Part shown: positions 53,930 through 61,228 of the stretch, piece after piece
Position numbering within the stretch: the first letter of the stretch is position 1
Layout of the letters: every line of letters begins with the position of its first letter
From: an uncultured Phycisphaerales bacterium
GTDB taxonomy: Bacteria > Planctomycetota > Phycisphaerae > Tepidisphaerales > Tepidisphaeraceae
Length of the DNA: 64,000 bases
Direction of reading: 5' to 3'
Assembly (NCBI GenBank): GCA_963755915.1
Contig: CAVWLP010000002.1
Span: 3,648,001 to 3,712,000 of the forward strand
Program-made: the position numbers and the translations under genes
Notes under the pieces: model-generated
Told to the model about the DNA's origin: nothing
The model's input: the letters and a program-made list of their open reading frames with translations, nothing else
The model's database searches: none

Positions 53930-54001
53930 GAGGATGTGGCCGAATGGCAAGGCGCGGGTCTGCAAAGCCTGCTGATGCTGGTTCGAATCCAGTCATCCTC
54001 T
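53930..54001 (+). tRNA. tRNA-Cys(GCA)
   Basis: CGGGT-CT GCA AA-GCCTG; U73. Confidence 0.9.
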
Positions 54002-54003
54002 TT

Positions 54004-54078
54004 GTGGCCGTAGCTCAACTGGATCAGAGCACCGGGATGTGGCCCCGGTCGTTGTGAGTTCAAATCTCACCGGTCACC
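54004..54078 (+). tRNA. tRNA-His(GTG), no encoded G-1
   Basis: CCGGG-AT GTG GC-CCCGG; C73; T at position -1. Confidence 0.9.
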
Positions 54079-54124
54079 CTGAAAAAATACGCCCCCTGTT
54101 GTCGGTTTGTGAAAGGAGTTTGAG

Positions 54125-54385
54125 ATGACGCGTGCAACGCAATTTGACGTTTTGCCGGCCGATGTCGGCGCCGCAAGCGTTGCGGTGATTCACGTTCGGT
54201 TTGCCGGACAAAGCTTTGACGTTCCGCTGGCGAGCCTGGATGTCGGCGTCCAAAGCGCTGACGGCGCCATCAGGGCAGCCGTGGCCAACTGGCTGAGAGT
54301 GTCGCCGGCCCGTCTGGAGGCCTATGTGATCGACCGCCATGCCAACGGCAATCTGACGATTCGTCCCGAAGCGGTTTTCGGATGA
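54125..54385 (+). CDS. Small Gly-terminated protein, candidate ubiquitin/ThiS-like modifier
   Basis: AAGGAG RBS; 86 aa; strand-strand-helix-strand pattern (VIHVRFAGQSFDVPL...IRAAVANWL...NLTIRPEAVFG-stop); ThiF gene in the same unit. Confidence 0.7.
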   Translation: MTRATQFDVLPADVGAASVAVIHVRFAGQSFDVPLASLDVGVQSADGAIRAAVANWLRVSPARLEAYVIDRHANGNLTIRPEAVFG

Positions 54386-54397
54386 ATCGTGTTGCCG

Positions 54398-54564
54398 TGC
54401 CGCGGCCGGGACGCCGGGATCGCACCCAACGCCAGAAGCTTACAAACAAGGTTGGCACGGCGGGCAACCGCTGTGCCAGGGGTGCGAATCCCCCCAGAGG
54501 TCCTGGTTAGGACCGCAACAGATGCTTTTGTGACTCGTGCGATCGCGGCGTCCCGGCCGCGGCA
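54398..54564 (+). ncRNA. Y-RNA-like ncRNA unit 1
   Basis: Long closing stem TGCCGCGGCCGGGACGCCG..GATCGCAC / GTGCGATC..CGGCGTCCCGGCCGCGGCA; CCAACG-N4-AAGC-TTACAAAC ... GCTT-TTGTGACTC; T-arm-like GGGG TGCGAAT CCCC. Confidence 0.75.
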
Positions 54565-54589
54565 AAATTCAGGAGTTTTATGGATCGAG

Positions 54590-54772
54590 ATCGGCCGCCT
54601 GCGAATTGCGGCCCGCGCCCAACGATTGGAGCATACAAACTGGTTGCTTGTGGGGATCATTTTCCCGCAATGAAGGTTCGAATCCTTCCACCCCGTCTTT
54701 GAAGAACTGTGCGGGGTGCGAAAATATTTGCTCCCGCAACTTGCGCGAACCGCAATTCGCCGGCGATCCGAT
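54590..54772 (+). ncRNA. Y-RNA-like ncRNA unit 2
   Basis: Stem GCGAATTGCGG / CCGCAATTCGC; CCAACG-N4-GAGC-ATACAAAC ... GCTC-CCGCAACTT; T arm GAAGG TTCGAAT CCTTC followed by closed acceptor-like stem CACCCCG/CGGGGTG. Confidence 0.78.
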
Positions 54773-54805
54773 TGGAACTTAATCACGGAGACGCCGCCAA
54801 AACAT

Positions 54806-54969
54806 TCTGCAGTACACGCCGTACCCAACGGCGCGAGCATACAAACGTTGCTAACGTAGAGGTTACGGGTTCGAGTCCCGTCAGGCCAGCTTTCAATCAT
54901 TCGGGCCTGTAGCTCAATGGTAGAGCGCTAAAAAGTGGCTCATGCGACTTGTATGGCGTGTTCTGCGGA
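54806..54969 (+). ncRNA. Y-RNA-like (YrlA-architecture) ncRNA unit 3
   Basis: Closing stem and shared motif; T arm ACGGG TTCGAGT CCCGT, closed acceptor CAGGCC..GGCCTG, TA, D arm GCTC AATGGTA GAGC (T arm before D arm). Confidence 0.85.
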
Positions 54970-54987
54970 TTTTATGAAAGGAAGAGA

Positions 54988-55163
54988 TCGATTCGCCGAT
55001 GCCGCGCCTGCACCCAACGGCAGGAGCATACAAACTTGCGGGTTCGAATCCCGCCATTTGCGAATGCAAATGACGTCCATTTGGAAGGACACCTGACTCA
55101 CAATCAGGCGTTTAACAACGCACAGCTCGTGTGACTTGTGCGGGCGCGGCGCCGGTGAATCGA
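54988..55163 (+). ncRNA. Y-RNA-like ncRNA unit 4 containing a complete permuted cloverleaf (anticodon-like CAC)
   Basis: Closing stem and shared motif; T arm GCGGG TTCGAAT CCCGC, acceptor CATTTGC-GAAT-GCAAATG, D arm GTCC ATTTGGAA GGAC, anticodon arm CCTGA-CT CAC AA-TCAGG. Confidence 0.85.
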
Positions 55164-55185
55164 CTTGACGGAAAGGAGCAGCACC

Positions 55186-56835
55186 ATGACGAACATGAAC
55201 GCACACCTCACGACCGAACAGGACGCACGTCTCCGGCTGCTGAACACGCTGCTGACGACGCCGCACCGCAAGCTCCAGAAAGTTCACCCGGTGCATGAAG
55301 AAATCGCGGCCAACGATCCGCGCTTCTACGTGCGCCTCGCTTCCTGGTACTTCGACCACGGCGACGTTCGCGACCACAAGGAAATGTTCGTGGTTTCGCT
55401 GGTTTTGAGCGATTTCGAAGGACACCGCGACGTTGGATTGGCCCTGCTGCGCCAGCTCCCGCCGTACGAAGTGGGGCGGGTGCTGGACTTCATCAACGGC
55501 CGCAAGACAACCCGTAAGGTGATCGTGCGCACTCGCAAGGCGCGCAAGGACCGCGCGGCTGCGAAGGCTCAGCCGGGCCTGATCAATCGAATCGCGCGCC
55601 TGGTGACGGGAAACGCCGCGGAATCGGCGGAAGCCGGGCCGACCGAAGCAGCGCCGGCGCCGGAAATCAAGCTGGTGACGGAAACCTTCGGGCTCTTCCG
55701 CAACCCGCCGCGCTCGCTACGGACGGAAATCGTCCGCTACCTGCGTGAACGCGAAGCCGACGGCGAATGGTTCGACAGCACCGTGCTCGTTGCCCGCAAG
55801 GCGATCAAGCGGCTGTACGCGCTGAACCACGTGAAGCCGGGTGATCGCGCCCAGCGGATCCTCTTCGACGAAGATCCGCCGGCCGGCAGCCGGATTTACG
55901 CTTTGCGCAAGCTCGCCGCCGCAACCACGCCGGCGGAGCAGGCGCAGGCGATTATCGACAACGCGATTCCGTATCGAGTCGCCCAGTCGGTCGTCAAGCA
56001 GATGACGCCGACGATTCTGCTGGCCCTGATCGAGCGGATGAGCCCTCAGGAACTGATTAACAACGTCGCCTCGCTGACGAAGCGCGGCGCGATGGACAAT
56101 CCGGACCTGAAGGCGTTGATCGACCAGAAGCTTGAGCAGGCCCAAACGGCCCAGCGGGTTAGCGGGCTCAAGGCGCAGAAGGCGATTGAGTCGGCCGGCG
56201 CAACGGTGTCGCCGGACGTGAAGGCGAAGCTCGAAAGCGTCGCCGACGCGCAGATCAAGGCTAAGGGCCGGATCGACCGTCCCACGGCGCTGCTCATCGA
56301 CAAGTCGGGCTCGATGTCGCTGGCGATTGAACTCGGCAAGCGCATCGGCGCCCTGATTTCCGCGATCTGCCGCGCGGAGCTCTTCGTCTACGCGTTCGAC
56401 ACGATGGCTTACCCCATCGAGCGCGGCGGCGACGACCTTGCTTCGTGGGAAAAGGCGCTGGTTGGCATCAAGGCCGGCGGCGGAACGAGCTGCGGAGTCG
56501 CCGTCGAGGCGATGCGCATCCGCAAGCAGTACGTCGAGCAGATCATTCTCGTCACCGACGAGGGTGAAAACACGGCGCCGCTGTTTGTGCCCACGCTGCA
56601 GAAGTACCGGGAAACGGTCAAGGCCGTTCCCAACATCTGCATCGTTCGCGTCCCGCGCAGCGTGACGACGGTTGAGTCGAATTGCCGCGCGGCTGGTTTG
56701 ATGGTCGATGTGTTCCAGTTCGCCGGCGACTACTACTCGCTGCCGAACCTGGCGCCGCTCCTGAGCAAGCCGAGCAAGCTCGAATTGCTCATGGAGATCC
56801 TGGAGTACCCTCTGCCGAAGCGGAGGTCGGCGTAA
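55186..56835 (+). CDS. Ro60/TROVE-like helical protein with C-terminal vWA domain
   Basis: AAAGGAG RBS; basic helical N-terminal region (DPRFYVRLASWY, MSPQELINNVASL); MIDAS residues LLIDKSGSM, GGTS, ILVTDEGEN; adjacent to Y-like RNAs. Confidence 0.75.
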   Translation: MTNMNAHLTTEQDARLRLLNTLLTTPHRKLQKVHPVHEEIAANDPRFYVRLASWYFDHGDVRDHKEMFVVSLVLSDFEGHRDVGLALLRQLPPYEVGRVLDFINGRKTTRKVIVRTRKARKDRAAAKAQPGLINRIARLVTGNAAESAEAGPTEAAPAPEIKLVTETFGLFRNPPRSLRTEIVRYLREREADGEWFDSTVLVARKAIKRLYALNHVKPGDRAQRILFDEDPPAGSRIYALRKLAAATTPAEQAQAIIDNAIPYRVAQSVVKQMTPTILLALIERMSPQELINNVASLTKRGAMDNPDLKALIDQKLEQAQTAQRVSGLKAQKAIESAGATVSPDVKAKLESVADAQIKAKGRIDRPTALLIDKSGSMSLAIELGKRIGALISAICRAELFVYAFDTMAYPIERGGDDLASWEKALVGIKAGGGTSCGVAVEAMRIRKQYVEQIILVTDEGENTAPLFVPTLQKYRETVKAVPNICIVRVPRSVTTVESNCRAAGLMVDVFQFAGDYYSLPNLAPLLSKPSKLELLMEILEYPLPKRRSA

Positions 56836-56838
56836 TTC

Positions 56839-56871
56839 AGCGGCGCGGCTCAAAAAGCCCGCGCCGCTTTT
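56839..56871 (+). terminator. Intrinsic-terminator-like hairpin
   Basis: AGCGGCGCGGCT-CAAAA-AGCCCGCGCCGCT-TTT right after the vWA stop; U tract is short. Confidence 0.5.
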
Positions 56872-56884
56872 GGAAGGTCGTTAT

Positions 56885-57586
56885 ATGCGCTCGGACATGG
56901 CCAAAGTAATCGTGGAACGGCCCCGCAGAGGCGGCGGAATCCGTTATCCGCGCAGTCACCCGGATTCCCATCGATTGGACATCGAGGATTTCCGCAGTCG
57001 CCAGGGCATGCGCCGGCCGTGGCTCAGTTCCCACGCAAAGGGATTGAATGAAAACCTCGCGCCCCTGGAGCGCTATCTGCGAACCCACGTGGGCCGCCCG
57101 TGGGATGACATTTACAGCGAGATTTGCGAGCACATGAATCGCAATTCCGCCGTTCAACTGCACATCTGGCAGCACCTAATGCAATTTGTCTGCAGAGATG
57201 TTTATGTCACGCTCGGTTTGGTCAAGCCGTCATGGTGGCACGGCGCGGGAAGGTTTTATGTCGACCCGAGCACGGGAATATTGCGCGAAAATCTGTTCAG
57301 GTGGCGCTACCGGCGGCCCGAACCGAAGCCCGATCCAAACCGCGTTCCAGCGAGCGAGGATATCGAATATCGGCGAATTGAGGGCATCTGGTATGAATTG
57401 CGCTTGGCGCCGATTCCGAAGTTTCGCATCGGCTACGACTTCGCGATCAGAAAACATCTGACCGAAATCAGCGACGATCTCCTTCACAAGTTTTACGACC
57501 GACAGGTTTACGCCGCGAGGAAACGCCAATTGAACAAGAAAGAAATCAGAAAACTTGGACTGACAACGGCAGGGACAAAATCTTGA
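56885..57586 (+). CDS. Arg/aromatic-rich hypothetical protein
   Basis: MRSDMAKVIVERPR...LNENLAPLERYL..VGRPWDDIYSEIC...FYVDPSTGIL...KRQLNKKE; overlaps the next start codon. Confidence 0.7.
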   Translation: MRSDMAKVIVERPRRGGGIRYPRSHPDSHRLDIEDFRSRQGMRRPWLSSHAKGLNENLAPLERYLRTHVGRPWDDIYSEICEHMNRNSAVQLHIWQHLMQFVCRDVYVTLGLVKPSWWHGAGRFYVDPSTGILRENLFRWRYRRPEPKPDPNRVPASEDIEYRRIEGIWYELRLAPIPKFRIGYDFAIRKHLTEISDDLLHKFYDRQVYAARKRQLNKKEIRKLGLTTAGTKS

Positions 57587-58440
57587 AAAAGGAACTTCTT
57601 CAAACTCTTAAGAATCTTGCTGCCGCGGAGAATGCGTTCGTCGACATCGAATTCCTCGCCCCGGTCCTGCGCGGCTCCGGCGTCGCGGTAAAAATTGCCG
57701 GGGTCCGCTGCAACGTCGCGATTGATCCGCCCGATTTCCAGGGCTGGGGTGTCTTTCGCGCCGATTCCCTGACGAGCGCCGCTTTGCTTCGCGAAGCGAC
57801 CCCCACGCAGCGGCGAAACTATCTGCGTCTGCTTCCCTCGGTCCGCCTAATCGTTTGTGGCGGAAAGGCGAGCACTGCGATGGCCCTTCCCGCCAATCCC
57901 TCGGACACGCGCTTCTATTTTGCGGGACCGGTCTTTGTGCAGCTTTGCCCGAAAATCGATTTGTTCACGACGATAATGTGCCGGTTCTATGCCGCTCAAT
58001 TTTGGTTCGACAGTCTGGATTCGCGCACTGATCCCGCCGCCGCAGCGTACTTGCGGCGTGAACTGACGAACATGACCGAACCGAAAAATCTTTCCCGTAG
58101 GGGCGTAACCCGTGGCGAGCGATTCGCCTACGCCTTTGAATTTTCGCGCCGCGCCAGCGCAATTCTCGCCGACCGGCGGCATCGCGCCGACGTCCGCCTA
58201 AAGCAGGCGCTGGCCCATGCCGGCGCCATCCTGACCGATTTTTCCGAAGACCACGATTTGTTTCGCGTCGCTTATTTGGTCGACGGCCGCCGTCATCTGA
58301 GCAACGTGCGCAAGGACGATCTCACAGTTCAATCCGCCGGCATTTGCCTCGCCGGCCAGGACCGGAATTTCGATCTCGCGAGCCTGGTAGGAGTCCTTCG
58401 CGAGGGCGATTCCATGTCCAGATTTCCCCGCCGGCGGTAA
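57583..58440 (+). CDS. Hypothetical protein with C-terminal GICL motif (candidate divergent E2/UBC-like)
   Basis: DLTVQSAGICLAGQDRNFDLASLVGVLRE immediately upstream of the ThiF gene. Confidence 0.6.
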   Translation: MKKELLQTLKNLAAAENAFVDIEFLAPVLRGSGVAVKIAGVRCNVAIDPPDFQGWGVFRADSLTSAALLREATPTQRRNYLRLLPSVRLIVCGGKASTAMALPANPSDTRFYFAGPVFVQLCPKIDLFTTIMCRFYAAQFWFDSLDSRTDPAAAAYLRRELTNMTEPKNLSRRGVTRGERFAYAFEFSRRASAILADRRHRADVRLKQALAHAGAILTDFSEDHDLFRVAYLVDGRRHLSNVRKDDLTVQSAGICLAGQDRNFDLASLVGVLREGDSMSRFPRRR

Positions 58441-58460
58441 TCTGATTTCGAGGACGCTAC

Positions 58461-59114
58461 ATGCCCGGAGCCTTCCATCACGAATCCCTCTACCGCGGCC
58501 CCGAAGCGCTTGCGCGGCTGGCGTCGCTGCGCATCACCCTCTGCGGCGCCGGCGCGATCGGTTCGAACCTGGCCGACAACCTCGTCCGCCAGGGCGCGGC
58601 GAAACTGCGCGTCATCGACGACGACCGCGTCGAGCAGCACAACATTTCCACGCAAATCTACGGCGAATCAGATGTAGGCGTCTGGAAGGTCGAAGCCTTG
58701 CGGAACCATCTTTTCCGCGCCTGCGGCATCGAAATTGACGCCGTGCGGAAAAGACTCACCGCGCAAAACGCCGGATCGCTTCTGAAAGATGCCGATCTGG
58801 TTATCGATGCGCTCGACAATTCGCAGTCGCGCCAGATCGTGCAAGACCATGCGCGAGCAACCAATGTCCCGTGCATTCACATCGGCCTGTACGAAGACTA
58901 CTGCGAATCGATTTGGGACGAGCAATACCGCGTGCCCGCGGATCGTGCGAATCAGCATGACGTTTGCGATTATCCGCTGGCCCGGAACCTGGTACTGCTC
59001 GCTGTCGCGATTGCGTCAGAAACGATCGTGAAATGGCCCGCCACCGGCGAGCGTGCGAATCTCTCCGCGACGCTCAAAGATTTTGCGGTCAGGCCCCTGG
59101 TGCAGCGGGTTTGA
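58461..59114 (+). CDS. ThiF/MoeB/E1-family adenylyltransferase
   Basis: LCGAGAIGS, IDDDRVEQHNISTQ, KVEAL, VIDALDN; no CxxC zinc pairs; lone Cys in DVCDYP. Confidence 0.9.
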   Translation: MPGAFHHESLYRGPEALARLASLRITLCGAGAIGSNLADNLVRQGAAKLRVIDDDRVEQHNISTQIYGESDVGVWKVEALRNHLFRACGIEIDAVRKRLTAQNAGSLLKDADLVIDALDNSQSRQIVQDHARATNVPCIHIGLYEDYCESIWDEQYRVPADRANQHDVCDYPLARNLVLLAVAIASETIVKWPATGERANLSATLKDFAVRPLVQRV

Positions 59115-59123
59115 AACTGCTGA

Positions 59124-61207
59124 TCACTTCCCCGCCAATTGCGCAACCGCAGCGATAAGCTGCTGCGGCTCCACAGGCTTCGTGAGGTGCATCTGAAATC
59201 CCGCAGTGAGCGCGAATCCGGTCCTCCTCGCGCATAAGCAGTCAGCGCGATCGCCGGCGTATTCCCTCCGCTGGCGGCCGGAAGCTGCCGAAGCATCTGG
59301 ATCATCTGAAATCCATCTTCTCCCGGCATTGCGATATCGCTCACCAGCACGTGCGGCATGCATTTCCCCATGCATTCCATCGCTTCGCGAACCGAACTCG
59401 CCGCCGTGACCATCGCCTCCGCACGCGACAGAATTTCGCGAACCAGCTCGAGCGCATCGGGCTCATCATCGATAACGAGAACCTTCTTTCCCGATAGCTT
59501 GATGCCATTGACGGTATGAGGGGCATTGTTTTTCGGTGCGACGGCCGGCACGGAAGGCGCTTTGTGAAATGGCGACGTCGGCAGTGTCACGGTAAATGTG
59601 GCCCCACTTCCCAGCCCCGAACTGTGCGCCGCCACGCTTCCGCCATGCAGCTCGACGATATGCCGCACGATCGTCAGCCCGATGCCAAGCCCCCCGTGCG
59701 ATCGGGTCATCGTATTGTCCGCCTGGCGAAACCGGTCGAACACAAACGGCAGAAACGCGCCGTCAATTCCCTGCCCCGTATCCGCGATCTGAATCTGCGC
59801 GTGATGATTCACGGACTCGAGGCTCACGTGCACCTGCCCCTGCGGCGGCGTAAACTTCACCGCGTTCGCCAGCAGGTTCCACACCACCTGCTGGAGCCGG
59901 TCAGGGTCGCCGGAAATCTTCGCGCTTGCGCCCAATTCCACTTCCAGTTGGATATTCTTCGCGTCGGCCGCGGGCCGGATCGCGTCAACCGCCGACTGAA
60001 CGATCAGCTCCAGCGGCACATCCGCCATTTGCAGCCGCATCTTCCCCGAGCTGACGCGCGAAACGTCCAGCAAATCCTCAATCAATTTCGTCTGCGCCTT
60101 CACGTTCCGCTCGATGACGTCCAGGCCATGCGCGGCGTCATCAGGCAGTTTCTCGGTGCGCAAAATCTGAGTCCACCCGACGATCGCATTCAGCGGCGTC
60201 CGCAATTCGTGCGACAACGTCGCCAGAAATTCGTCCTTAATGCGATTGGCTTCGCGCTCTTGCGCAAAAATAATGTTCTGAATCGCGATCGAGGTGATCT
60301 GGGCAAGCTGCACAAGGATCGCCTCATCGTCGCTGGAAAACGAGTCCTTGCCGCGGTCCATCAGCAGAATCAGGCCGAGATTCTTGCCGTCGCGACCGCT
60401 CAGCGGCGCCGCCAGCAGCCCGCCCCGCGTCGTCGGCAGCTCCAGCTTGCGAATTATCTCCCAGTCCGGATGCTCGCGCAGCTCCGATTCGCTGAGCCGT
60501 ATCGCGATCGGCGATTGTGCGATGATCGTACCGGCCACGGGCTCAAGCTTGATCGGCCGGTTGCGCCACTGCGAGAAACGGTCCGAAAATGCCGCCGCCG
60601 CGCGGATCGGAGACGGCCGGTGCGTTTGCAATGGATCGGCCAGTATCAGCGAGCCGCAGAAATGGCTCCCGATCAGTTCCCGCGCATAGTCGGTAACCGC
60701 CCGGATCATCTGCTCCACCGACGGTGCGCTGTTAATGGCGATCGACGCGGTCGAGAGCATCTGAAGCTGCCCCGCTCGCCGGCGCAATGCTTCGCTCTGC
60801 CGCCGGGTTTGCGCCGTCATCTGGTAAAGCGAAACGAAAACCCCCACCTTGCTTCGCAAAACTTCCGGCGCAAACGGCGCGGTGAGGTAGTCGACCGCGC
60901 CGAGGCTGTATCCCTTGGCCACCAGCGGGTCATCCCCGAACGCCGTGATAAAGATGATCGGAATGTGCTGCGAGCTTGGGCGTTGCCGAATCAGCTCCGC
61001 GGTTTCAAACCCATCCATCCCCGGCATGTTCACGTCGAGAAGGATGACCGCAAAGTCTTCGTTGAGCAGGCATCGCAGCGCATCACGCCCGGTGTAGGCC
61101 CGAACGATCCGCTGGTCCAGGTCCTGTAGAACCGCTTCCAGCGCCAGGAGATTCTCAGGCTTGTCATCCACGATCAGGATGTTCGCCGGTGCGCCCGCTT
61201 CAGTCAT
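59124..61207 (-). CDS. Hybrid kinase REC-GAF-HisKA-HATPase-REC (frameshift near 59228)
   Basis: [41 protein letters not shown]-terminal AGFQMHLTKPV in a second frame. Confidence 0.9.
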
Positions 61208-61228
61208 GATCTTCTTCCGTTGTTCTGA

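Noticed and set aside
51152-54078. The tRNA array as part of a prophage
   Set aside because: No capsid, terminase, integrase or replication genes in the window.
51574-55134. ORF-track calls overlapping the tRNA array and ncRNAs (other than 54125..54385)
   Set aside because: They are translations of tRNA/ncRNA sequence (GFEP, GSNP patterns) with no protein features.
54398-55163. The four repeated units as a CRISPR array
   Set aside because: Conserved blocks are short and split, the units fold as long stems with tRNA arms, and no cas genes are present.
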